Assembly (NCBI GenBank): GCA_000388065.2
Contig: KB932201.1
DNA length: 49,284 nucleotides
From: Fonticula alba ATCC 38817
Taxonomy: Eukaryota > Protista > Nucleariida
Strand: one strand, 5' to 3'
Part shown: piece after piece, positions 1-11,566 of the stretch
How positions within the stretch are numbered: the first letter of the stretch is position 1
Layout of the letters: each line of letters opens with the position of its first letter
Made by a program: the position numbers and the translations under genes
The notes under the pieces: generated by a model
The model's database searches: none
Told to the model about the DNA's origin: nothing
The model's input: only the letters and a program-made list of their open reading frames with translations

Positions 1-605
1 GGGGGGGGGGAAGAAGCGGCTCTGCCCACCGTGCGCGCCGATGAACATGCATGCGTGTGCCTCTCTCAATCACCCGGGGTCAGCCCCTGTGGGAGGGTCA
101 AAATCCCACCCCGGCCGATGGCTGGCCGTAGCCATTTTTCAACAATCAGCGCCGAGCACTCTCTCTCTCTCTCTCGCCACCATATCCTCTCCCCCTCCCT
201 CTCTCCCTCTCTCCCCTCCTTCCCCTCCCTTGCTCCCCAACACGCGCCTCGGCCCCTCTCCCTGTGTCCAGCCCTTCTCAACTACTCGGGCTTCCCCTTT
301 CCCCGCTGCCGGCGCGTCCGCGCTCGCCTCCCTCCGGCCCCCTGGCTTGCTGGGCGCGCGATCGCCCCTTTCCTCGGACTCCCCTGCTTTGTCGTGCGTC
401 GGTGGGGCGGGCTATTCTCTCCCAACCTGCTTTCCGTCGCCCTCCCTCCCTCTTTCGACCTTTCTTGGCTGACGTGTGCTTGTTGTCATTCCTCTCCCTT
501 CTTTGCCTCCTCTCTCTCTCTCTCTCTCTGTCTGTCTGTCTCTCCGGTGGGACACAGTTTGTCTTGCCTGATCTTCCTCCTTTCTCTCCACCCGGCCAAA
601 ACACA

Positions 606-3600
606 ATGATGGACTTCGAGGATGACGACGGGGTCGAGTGCCTCATCTGCATGGAGCTTTATGATATTGATGATCTGCAGTTCCGCCCTTGCGCATGCTC
701 CTTCCGTGTGCGTAGTCCTTTCTCCCTCCGCCTCTCTCTCCTTCTCTCTCCCTCTCTCCCTCCCTCTCTCTCTCTCTCTCCCCCTCTCTCTCCCCCTCTC
801 CCCATGTCTTCCCGGTTTCTGCGCGCTTGTCGCCTGCTGCGCTCCCTCCTCACTCTACCCCCCTTTTCTCGCTTCCCTCTAACCCCCTCTTCCTGCTGCG
901 CTCCTTCATACAGTGCTGCCCCTTCTGCTTCCAGCGAATTCTCGACAGCAACAATTCCAAGTGTGCACTATGTCGCCGGCAGTTGTCGATCAGCTCCGTG
1001 CGCAAGGTCCCCCTCTCACCAGAGCGGTAAGTCTTCCTATGTCACCCCTCCCTCTCCCTCCCTCTCCCTCTCTCCCTCCCTCTCTCCCTCCCTCTCCCTC
1101 TCCCTCTCCCTCTCCCTGCCTCTCTCCCTCTCTTCCTCTCTCCCTCCCTCTCCCTCCCTCTCCCTGCCTCTCTCCCTCTCTTCCTCTCTCCCTCCCTCTC
1201 CCTCCCTCTCCCTGCCTCTCTCCCTCTCTCGATTCGCGCTTGAGGACGGGTCCTCACGCTTCTCCTTCACCTTCCACCCCCACCCGGGCCCCACTCACCC
1301 ACGCTCATCCCAGACGCGCCTTCCTAGAGAAGAGGCTCGAGGAAGCTCGCGAGGACCGCGCTTATCTGGAAGCCAATCCACCGCCCATCCCCAAGATGCC
1401 GCTCTTGCCACCGGCCATGGCCAACCGCAAGGCCACCCCTCCGACCGGCAGCGCGTCCGGCTCTTCGAGTTCCTCCGGCTCCGGCTCTGCCTCAGCGAGT
1501 GGGGTCCTGTCGTATAGTTTTGTCTCGGCGTCCGGGGCGGCGGCGGCGGCGGCGGCCGCCTCTTCGTCCGGCCCGCGTGGCGGTGCCAGCGGCGGGGACT
1601 TCCCCACTCCGGCAGCCGCTGCCGCCAGTACCAGCAGCAGCCGAGCTCCTCTCATGGATCCGGAATATCGCCGGTATCTGGAGTCCGTGCGCGTCATCGT
1701 CCAGCACATTGTGTATGTGGTCGCCAGCTCCAGCGGCCATGGCAACAAGGGGACCTTCCTCTTCAATCGCGATGTCGATGTACGTGCCCCCTCCCTCGCT
1801 CCAGCCAGCTCCTCCCGCCTTCGCCCTCCTCCTCCTCCTCCTCCTCCTTGGTCCCTCTTCCGCCGCTGTGCCTCTGTCTTCGCATTCTCACAAGCCACTC
1901 GCGCATGGTGTCCTGCTTGTCGGATTGCCCTCGCCCCTTCCCGCGCCTCATAGGCCGTACGCCGGCACTTCCAGCAATACGGCCGGGTTCGGCATGTTCA
2001 CCGGTCGCAGCCCTCCTCCACCTCCTCCAAGTCCGGTGGCGGGGGCTTCTACGTGCACTTCTACAACCCCTCGGATGCCCGCCAGGCGGTCATCCACGAG
2101 GACCAGGCCGAGGTGGATGGTGTCACCCTCAGGCACGTCCCCTTTCCCCCTTTCCCCCATCGGACCATGCATGCCCCCCCCCCCCCCGTGTTGCCTCGTC
2201 CTCCGGCCGCCTGACTGACACGCTCCTCCCATCCTCCCTCCCTCCCTCTCCTGCACAGGGTCATGCTGGCTTTGTCGAAGTTTTGCTCGTCATACTTCAC
2301 GCGCGAATCGACCTCGGCTCCGGCGGTCTGTTCGCGCGGCGAGGAGTGCTACTTCGTGCATGAGGATGTCGACCAGAGCCTCCTCTTCACCGATGAAGAG
2401 GTCCAGCAGGGCAAGCACTACTCCCTGTATGGCACTCGGCAGTTGATGAACATGGAGTCCTCCCGCCCGGGGGACAACTTCGTCGAGGTGTCCGGCGGCA
2501 ACCAGCGCCAGGCTCTGAAGGCGTCCTACGCACGGCCGGCCCCCTGGGCAGACATGTCCGGCGCCAGTACCGGGGCCGCGGCGGCTGCGGCATCCAACAA
2601 CACAAGCGCCGGGCGCACCGGTGCCGGGGTTGCCGGGGGGCAACACTCGGCCGGCGGTCGGTCGGCCTCGCAGGGGGTCCTGTCCGGCGGGCCAGGTGGC
2701 CGGGTATCTGCCACCGGGGCCAAGGCCGCCAATGCCGGCTCATCCATGAGTGCTTGGGATGATCCATCGATTTCGGCCATGGCGGCGGGTTCCTCCTCGT
2801 CGTCTGCATCGAGTGGCGCCGCGTCGCCCTGGGCGGCGGCGGCCCGCTCGGGCGCCGCGGTCGCGGCCACCAGTCAGCCGGCTGGCGGTGTCCCGGGGTC
2901 CTCCGGTTCCGGGCCCGGTGCCTATGGCGGCTCTTTCGGGCCTGGCGCTGGAGGAATGGGCGCATCGTCGGGCTCGGGGGGCCTGGGCGCCGCGCCCGCT
3001 GGCGTGACTGCCAGCTCGGCTGGCTTGGATTCCAGTGACTTCCCGCCCCTGTCGGCCACCGGGCCGGGGGCCGGGCCCGGAGCCGTAGGGGTCGGGGCAT
3101 CCGGGGTGTCGAACGCCGGTTCCGCCTCCGGCCGGCAGCGTTCTCGTCGTTCGGTGCCCTTGGAATCGATTGCTACGCCCCGCCGGGCCTGGGCACCGAT
3201 CGCCACCACGCCCGCCACCGCCGGGTCGGCCGCGATCAATGAGCCCGCCACCATGGGGCCCGGCTCCGGCGGGGTGCCAGCACCCGGGGCCACTCCCGCG
3301 CCGTGGGGGCTGGCCACTCCGGCCCCGGCCCCGGCCCCGGCCCCGGCTCCGGCCCCGGCCCCGGCGCCAGTGCGCCGTGAGACCAAGCGCGAGGCCGTGG
3401 TCATCCACCTGGGTGCTGGTGGATCGGCCGAGGTGAAGAAGTCCACCCTGGTGACGGATGCCCAGAAGCGGGCGGCGGCGGCGGCGGCGGCGGCGTCTTC
3501 CTCCACCGCGGCGACAGCCTCGCCTGAGGAACCGGCCGCCCGTCGGTCCCCGACTCCGCCGGCCACCGGTGACTCGCCGACCCCGGCGCCAGTGGCGGTG

Positions 3601-5943
3601 GAGCCTGCCTCGGCCCCCAGCGCGCGGCCCCTGTCGGCCAAGCAGCTCCGTGCGGCGGCACAGGCTTCCAAGGCTGCGGCGGCGGCTGCCGTCGCGGCCG
3701 CCACCGCCGCCGCCACCGAGCCGGACACCTCGGCCTCGGATCCCTCCACGCCGAGTCTGTCTCGAGGTGGCACCCCTTCGCCGGCGATGGCCGCCGATCC
3801 GGCGGCCCCCTCGGCCTCTACCCCGTCGACATCGTCGGCCTCCGCGGCTGGGAGTCCGATCCTGGCCGATGGATCGGCCTCCGGCCTGGCGACCGAGGCG
3901 ATGGGCAGCCGGCCGGGGTCGGCCGCGGCCACTGCGGCCGTCGCCGCGGCCGTCGCCGCCGGCGCCATGTTCACCCCGACCCCGATGGATATGGATCACT
4001 TCTTGTCCGAGTTCGGTCGCGACGTGTTGGATTCCTTCCACCGGGCGTCTTTCGGTTTGGCCCCGCCGGCGGCGGTCGCTGCCACCATGGCCTCCGGTCC
4101 GACGGTGGCCGGGGCCCCGGCCCCAAGCCCCTCGGGCGCCAGTGCACCGGCCTCGGTCGGACCGCCGGGCGCCGCGGCTCCGACTCCGGGGGGCAGCTCC
4201 TCGCGCTCACAGCTGCTGGCCGGCTTGTTCCAGCCGCCGGCCGGCCAGCGCCCGGGCGCGGTGCGCCCTCCGCCCCCGGCCGGCGAGCTGGCCAAGCCCC
4301 CGGCTGGGGGGTCTGTTTTCGGCCTGTCCGATGCCCCTCCCGGGGGGGTTCCCATGCCGGGGCCGGCCGCGGGGCCGGGCTTCAGCCCGCTGGGCCGGCC
4401 GAAGGTCATGCTGGCCACCCACGCGGGCAATTCGCCGCAGCTCCTGCCGGCCGGTCTCGGCCATGCTCACCCCCACCATCCGTATGGCCATCACCTGTAT
4501 GGCGGCCAGATGTACCCCGGCGGGGGCCCTTTCATGCCGATGATGTCCGGGGCTGTTCGGCCGCCTCCCATGGGGTCGGCCGCCGGCGGGGCTCCTGGGC
4601 CCGGTGGCGTGTCGGCCCCCCTGCGTCCGATGCCCGGCGGTGCCGAGGTGCATCAGCAGTTCCTGTGTGCCAAGTTCCCGGACTTGGAATTCGACTTCGA
4701 TTCAGATGATGTTGATGCGGCGCCGGCGGCGGCGCTCCCGATGCCAGCTGTGCCCGGAGCCCAGTGGGGCCCCCCGACAGCCGGCGGGCTTGCTGCCCCG
4801 CCTCTGGCCGGTCCGGCTCCCGGTGGGTCCCCCCCCGCCGGCGGCGAGGGTGTGGTCGATCCCGAGGCCGGCCCGGTGATGTCTGCCCCGGTGGGCTTCC
4901 AGCCGCTGGGCCCGGGCCCGGGCTCGTCGTCAGTTGGTGCTGCGGCTGCCGCGGCGGCGGCGGCCGCCAGTGCCATGGCCATGTCCGGCGCCGGCCGCGG
5001 CCGGCCCCCGCCGATGGGGGCCTTTGGTCCGACGCCCAGTCTGCCTGTTTCGGTTCCTGTGCCGGCCCCGGCCGCTGGTGCCTCGGTTGTGCCTGTGTCC
5101 ATGGGCGGGCCGCCGGCCCGGCCGCCGCCGCCGCCGCCGCCGCCGGCCGGTGCCGTGGTCCAGCCCCCGGCCGCCGACCGGCCCTCGGTCGATGTTGCGC
5201 AGCATGCGCGTGTGCTGGCCGCCATGTCGGCGGCCGATGTGGCCCAGATGTTCAGCCCTTCCGCGCTCCCTGGTATGTGCACGCTCGTCTTGCCTGCTGG
5301 CCTTTGGCCTGGCTCCTCCATCGTCCTTCGCCCCCCCCCCCCCCTGCGGTCTTTCTTTTTCCTTTCCTCCTCCGGCCGCGCTTCCCTCAGCCCTTGTCCA
5401 AGGTGACTGGACCCCCCCCCCCCCCCCGGCCGGTGATTTGGCCTTCACTGACACTCTTTGCTTGTGCCTTCAGCCACCGGCCTGGGTGCTCTGCTGCCGC
5501 CGGGCGGCGCCGGGGGCGCGACCCTGGCCACCCATTCGCTGACCGGGGATTTCCCCCTCCCTGGCACCCTGGCCGACCAAAAGCAGTCGCTCATTTCAAG
5601 CCCCATCCATGCGAAGCTGATCGCCGGGCCCGGGTCCATCTATCCCTACTTCAAGTACTTCTCCGAGCTGTACTTCACCAATCCGGAGAATGAGCTACGC
5701 AATCCGAACAACCTGCGGCTGCGGCTGCTGAAGTACGGCCTCACGGCCGAGGAGATCATGGCCATCTTCATGGAGGGGCCGCTGCATGGGTGCGTGCGCT
5801 TCGGCCTTCAGTCGATCGTGCGTGACATGATTCCCGAGTATCTCGGGGAGCTGAACCGGCACAATGCCAGCGGCTATGCGCCGATCCACATCGTGGCCGG
5901 CATGTCGCCGGTGGCCGCAACGGCGGCCGCAACTTCCACCACC

Positions 5944-5974
<31 letters not shown>

Positions 5975-8900
5975 CGGCCGTGGCAGCGGCGGCGGCCGTC
6001 ACCACTGCCCCCCCCGCCGAGGACAATGCCGAGAGTGTCACCACCATGGCTGCCGAGGCGGCCGACCCGGCGGTCGTGGACTTCCGCAGTCTCGGCCTGG
6101 TGATGACCCCGAACACGGATCGGCCCTTCGCCCCGGTGAGCAAGCATACCGACTTTGATGGGTCGGTGGCCACGAGCGCCGGGCCGGGCAGCGCCTTCGA
6201 TGACACCTACAAGTCCACCTTCCTGCTGGCTTTCCTGCTGAAGTGCGATGCCGAAGTGGACCTGCCGGTTGTGCCGACCGGCGAGACGGCCCTGCACCTG
6301 GCCGTCCGGGCACAGCACTTCACCCATGTGTGTGTCTTGCTGGAGGCCCAGGCCAGCGTCCATGCACGCAGCGCCGGCCCCGAGGGGAAGACCCCGCTGG
6401 AGCTGGCTCGCGAGCTGGCCGCCGCTCCCGGCGCCTCGGCCCTCGCCCAGGACATTCTCGGCGCCATTTCCTTCCACGAGGCGCAGCTTGAGGCCGGGGC
6501 GCGTCGCCGGGCGGCGGGCATCATCGACCCGTCGGCCGGAGCCGGCCGGGCTTCGGGGTCGTCATCGTCCATGTCGGGCAGCAGCGATTCCGGCCTGCCT
6601 TCCTCCGACTCGGACTCGCGCGGGTCCTCACCTTCGCCCTCTTCGAGTGCTGCCTTCTACTTCCCACGGGAGGGCGGCCCTGCGAACTCGCTGACCGTCG
6701 ACCAAATTCGCCTTCTGTCCGAGCAACTGCTGGCCATGAGTTCCGACCATGAGTCGGAGGATGATCTGGATGAGTCGGAGATGGCTGCCACTTCGGTTGG
6801 CGGTGGCTCGGGCCCCGGGCGCCGGCTCTTCCATCCGGACGCGGCGGTGGTCACCTCCGACGAGGAGCCGGAGGAGGGGCCCCTGTACGACGAGTCCGAA
6901 GATGCGGCCACCATTCGCCGGGCCTTCTTCCGGTCGGTGGCTGCCCATCTAGATGGTGATGGGGCAGATGGCGATGCGGATGACCTGCCTGGCGGGGATG
7001 CCGATGTCGGGGCCGGCCACTCTTCGGGTGCCGATGATGTGCAGGACCCCGGCCACCTGCGCTTCCCGCCGCAGTATGGCCATTCGGGCCCCGGCTCCGG
7101 CGACTTCCCTGTGGCTGGGGTTGATGGGCCCTTCTCCTTCGGGGCTGGCAGTGCCGCCGCCGCCGCGGCCGAGGACCTCAGCGGTGTGACCACCGACGAG
7201 GCGGGCCCCAGCGATGGGGGCCACTTGACTGAGGCTGCTACGGCGGCTGCGGCGGCTGCGGCTGCAGCTGCGGCGGCGGCTGCGGCGGCTGCCGCCGTGT
7301 CGGCCACTCCCCCCGCCACGGATGCCTCGTCCAATCGGGTGCGCTTGCTCTTCGACAGTTTCCCGTCCGGTCTCGGGAAGGGCGTCCCGGCCCCCGTTCC
7401 CACGGTGGAGGCGCCCCCTGCACCGGTGGAGTCTACGGCGGCCGAGCCTGTGCCCGGTGCCGGGTCGGCCCGCGCCACCAGCAAGGTTCCGGCGGTGGTC
7501 TTGCACAAGCCCGCCGTGGCGACGGCCGGCCCCGCGGCGGCCCCCGCCTCGGGCACGACCGCCCCGGCGGTGAGCCTGCCTCGCGTGACACCGACCTTCT
7601 CCCTGGCCAGCGTGCTCGGCGGCGGTCGCCCCGGCGCCCCGGCCCCCACCGATGCCTCCCCCATGGCGGCGGACTTCCACCCTGCGGCATCGGCGTCGGC
7701 GTCAGCGTCGGCGTCGACCGGCTTGTCGGGTGCCCCGGTCGCCCTGGCCAACTCGGAGGCCGATCGCATGGCCACCGGATCCTCGTCGGCCCTCGGCCAG
7801 GTGACTTCCACTGCGCCGTCCGCCGGCGCCGGGGTAGCCACTCCCGGCCCTCCGGCTCTGGTGCAGCTGTCATCCGCCGCCACTCCAGCGGCGGTGACCA
7901 TTGCCTCGACGGCCGGGGCCGGGGCGTCGCTCACCCCCCCGGGGGGGGCGCAAATCGACTCGTCGGCGCCGTTGGCCGTCAGCCCGGGTGCCGCCGCGGC
8001 CGCCCCGATCAGTCTCCCGGCCACGGTGTCGGCGTCCCCCTTCGGCAAGGGGCATCTTGGTGGTCGCCACTCGGCTTCGGCCTCGACGGCTTCGACCCCC
8101 GGCAAGAGCGGCCTCCTGGCCAATCTCCTTTCCGGCCCGGCTCCCTCGCCGTCGCCATCCGCAAGTGTGGCCAAGCCCTCTTCGGCCACGGTGACCGGCG
8201 ATGCGGCTGGCGAATTGCATATTCACAGCTCGCTCGGCGGCGGGTCGGGCACGGGGCTTTCCACTTCGGGCAGCCTGCCGCCGATGCCCGCGGCGCCGGT
8301 GACGGCCACCAACACCGGCGCCGGGTCCACCTCCAGCAACCGGCTGTTGAACCACCTGTTTAGTGCTCGGACGCCGAGCATCCCGTTGCCGCCGCTGGCC
8401 GGTTCGGCGGCGGACCCGGCAAGCGCCGGCAAGCAGGCGAACTCCTTCCTGTTCCGGGTGCCGCCTGCCGCGACAAGCTCCACCGCCACCTCCCTGCCGT
8501 CTTCCTCCTCTTCCTCCTCGTCCTCGCTGGCGGCGGTGATCACCTCGGCCCCGGCCAATGCCGGGGGCAGTGCAGCCGGCGCGGCGGCCGTGGCTGACTC
8601 CCCTGCCACCGGCGCCCCTTCCGCCCCTGCCGTGGCCTCCGGCGCTGCGTCCTCTTCGGTGGGCGACTCGCTGCCCGCGGTGAGTGCGGATGTCGGGTCC
8701 CAGTTCCAGCATGCTGATGAGGCGGCCTCGGCTCCGGGGACCGGTGGCGGTGGTGATGTTGATCCCTTGGAGGTGGCGGCCGCCGCGCATCGGGCCCAGC
8801 TGCACGCGGCTGGCGGTGTGTCTCATCACCCCCATCCTCACCACCACCACCACCACCACCACCACCACCACATTCACCATGGCGGCCATCATGGCCAGCA

Positions 8901-9519
8901 CCGGTTCCTTGGTCACCATATGCCTTTGCCGCCGGGTCAGGCGTCTCAGGCCGGTGGTGGGGTTTCTGCCCCTCCGGCGACGACGGGGCCCTTCCACCCT
9001 CATGGCCATCACCATGGGCATCCTCATCATCCTCATCATGGTCATCACGGTCACCATGGGCATCATGGGCATCATGCTCACCATTCCCATCACCACCATC
9101 ATGCCGGCCAGCAGTCCCCAGCGGCCCAGCAGGCAGAGCCGTCGGCTGGCCAGCCGCAGCTGGCCGGCCAGTCGCTCGGTAATGCCCAGGCCGGCCAGCA
9201 GTCCGGTCTCCTGCAGCACTTCTTCCATCATATTCCCGTGCAGACGCTGGGCGTCATGCCGGTGGGTGGTTTCCCGGCTGGGGCCGGGCGTGGCCGTGGC
9301 CGTGGCACTCCGCTGCCGGCCGGGGCCAATGGGTCGCCGGTTCCCGGGGCCCCGGCGTCCCTCCCCCCGCTGCCGGTCCTTCACCCGGCGGCCGGGGCCA
9401 CGGCCACCGCTGGAGCCGGCGTTGGCCGCGGCAATGCTGCGGTTGTTCTCCCCGCGCAGCGCTATATGGCCACCGCCGCCGCCGCCCGGGGCGATGCCGA
9501 TGACGCCTCCCATCAGTAA
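606..9519 (+). CDS. CNOT4: Divergent NOT4/CNOT4-type E3 ligase (C4C4 RING, RRM, C3H1-type zinc finger) with very long low-complexity region and C-terminal-half ankyrin repeats; ~2,639 aa
   Basis: Exons 606-707, 914-1026, 1314-1779, 1954-2132, 2259-5272, 5474-9519 total 7,920 nt and all phases are consistent. RING: CLICMELYDIDDLQFRPCACSFR|CCPFCFQRILDSNNSKCALCRR. RRM: VRVIVQHIVYVV...FQQYGRV...FYVHF...VDGVTLR. Zinc finger: SKFCSSYF...CSRGEECYFVHE. This is the NOT4 domain order. Ankyrin-like motifs: GPLHGCVRFG, GYAPIHIVAG, GETALHLAV, GKTPLELA. The family call for the N-terminal part is strong; the join to the last exon is an inference. Confidence 0.8.
1085..1230 (+). repeat. ~48-bp pyrimidine minisatellite (about 3 copies) in NOT4 intron 2
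   Basis: The marker TCCCTGCC recurs at 1113, 1161 and 1209 (period 48) within a CT-rich tract. Confidence 0.75.
2133..2258 (+). other. Non-canonical GC-AG intron (intron 4 of the NOT4-like gene)
   Basis: CTCAG|GCACGT...pyrimidine tract...CACAG|GGTC. This phase-2 join restores GVTLR-VMLALSKFC, equivalent to the NOT4 'GRxLRASxGTTKYC' segment. The nearby GT at 2137 is in the wrong phase. Confidence 0.7.
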
Positions 9520-9989
9520 TGGACGTTCGTTTGGAGATGGGCTCTCTCTCTCTCTCTCCCCCCCCTCCCCCCTCCCCATCGATCTCCTGTCCTGGTTTAG
9601 TACCATGTGTCCTTCTGTTCGATTTATATTTCTTCCTTGTTACGAGCACTTGTTCCTTTTGCATTTGGCTTGGCTTCTGGCCCCGTGCGTGCATACCTCC
9701 TTCTCCGTTGTTCCCAGATCCCCCCCCCCCCCATACATGTTGGAGTCGGCGGATAGTAATGGCAGCACGCTCCCTTTCCTGTTCTCTCTCTCTCTCTCTC
9801 CCCCTCCCCCTCCCCCCATCCTTCGCGCCACCTGCGAGCCAGCACGTGCCTGCTCCCCCAATCCTCAAATACAATTGTCCTTTTTTCACGGAGCTCTCTC
9901 TTTCACAAACCGCCGATGTGCGGCCTTTTTGCGCGATCCCTGTCGGGCTCTCGGGATCGCTCCTTGGCCCTCTCTCTCTCTCCCCCCCC

Positions 9990-10174
9990 NNNNNNNNNNN
10001 NNNNNNNNNNNNNNNNNNNNNNNNNNNNNNNNNNNNNNNNNNNNNNNNNNNNNNNNNNNNNNNNNNNNNNNNNNNNNNNNNNNNNNNNNNNNNNNNNNNN
10101 NNNNNNNNNNNNNNNNNNNNNNNNNNNNNNNNNNNNNNNNNNNNNNNNNNNNNNNNNNNNNNNNNNNNNNNNNN
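9990..10174. other. Assembly gap (N run)
   Basis: Ns flanked by a C homopolymer and (CA)n. Confidence 0.99.
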
Positions 10175-10646
10175 CACACACACACACACACACACACACA
10201 TCCGCAAGGGCAGGCGAAGGCAGGGCGAAGAAAGTATGGGGAGGGAAGAACCAGAGGCCAAGCTTGATGCGCGCGTGTCGATAAATAAATATACATTTAC
10301 AAAAGCACCTGCATCAGGCAGATTGACGCCACTCAAAACATCGACCAGCGATGATCCAAGAGCGGGTCGTGTCGGATGGAGGAGGGGGAAAAGAGGAGGG
10401 AGAAAGGGAAAGCAATGAGCGAAGCTCTGGCCCTCCTTCCGCCGCTCCTTGAAGTTGCCCATGGGGTCATCCAAAGGCGAGCTCCCGTGCAACAGGAACC
10501 CATGGATGACCAGCCGGGAGAAAAGTCTATAAGTAGGAGCGGGACCTAGGCTAGGCCTGGGCGGAAGGGAAGGGAGCCGAAAGAGAGAGAGAGAGACAGA
10601 GGAAGAGAAGGAAAAAAAGAAGAAGGAAAGACAGAGACACATGCTT

Positions 10647-11534
10647 TCAAGAGTCGCGGTCAGACTGATGCCATGGGACGGGGAGGGGGGGGGGGAAGAG
10701 GTTAGCCGGAGAATAAGGTAAGACCCGATGCAGGGGGGACGTGGCAGTAGGCAGGCAGGGAGGACCGCAGGACGGGGAAAGAAAAAAAAAAGGCAACGCG
10801 AGGAGGTGGGAAGAGAGGAGGAACGATGGGGAGGACGCTGCTGACGAGGATGATGCGTACCTCACGCAGGCGTCGGAGGAAGAGTTCGCCCGCCTTGTCA
10901 TAGAAGTCCAAGCCGAGACTGGTCAAGGCCCAGAGAGCATCATCGGCTGACATGGTACGGCGGCGATCAGCGCGTGCCCGGTCGGCCGCCTCACTGGCCA
11001 CAAAGGCAGCCAGCTCGGAGGCACACTCCTGGACAAAGGCCCGGGTCTCGAGCGAGATGCGCACCGTGCTCGGGAGAACCCGACGCATGATGCGGTTGAT
11101 GTTGTTGATGGGGTACAGGCGCTCCTGGGGGAAAAGGGGAGTCAGAGCCAGGGCAGCAGCAGCAGAGGTGGCGCTCGTGGCCGGATCCACATCCGAGTCA
11201 TCATGCAGCAGATCCTCATAGGTGTCGACCTCGTCGTCGTCATCCTCGATCCCCAGATCCTCCTCGTCATGGTGGGCCGGGCGCCGACGTCGAGGGGTGT
11301 GCTTGTTGGCTGGCAGGCGAAGCAGGGCAGCCGCCGCCGCAGCCGCCGCCGTGGGCGGAGACGACTCCGTCAGCTCATCGGAGTACCGGCCCCCGGGTTC
11401 CAGGGACATGGTGGCCGTCGGCCCATGGTGCCGATGCTGTTGCGAATACATGGCCAGGTGTTGTTGTGGCTGCGGCTGCGGCTGCGGCTGCGGCTGCGGC
11501 TGCGGCTGTGCGTGGTACACATGGCCTGATGGTG

Positions 11535-11566
<32 letters not shown>

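Noticed and set aside
74-140. Hairpins followed by TTTTT (ATGGCTG-gccg-TAGCCAT-TTTT) upstream of NOT4
   Set aside because: The stems are short and mutually exclusive in GC-rich DNA, and there are no Pol III A/B boxes. Bacterial-type terminators are irrelevant in this eukaryotic context.
2263-5406. Two-gene model: NOT4 ending at stop 5406 and a separate ankyrin gene
   Set aside because: The last 44 codons before 5406 are poly-C/pyrimidine sequence after a consensus GTATGT donor, and the downstream ORF has no ATG before its conserved-looking block. The spliced model is preferred, though not proven.
10284-10289. AATAAA as the NOT4 polyadenylation signal
   Set aside because: It is plausible, but it is a single hexamer about 765 nt past the stop and across a gap. 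It is not supportable without 3'-end data.
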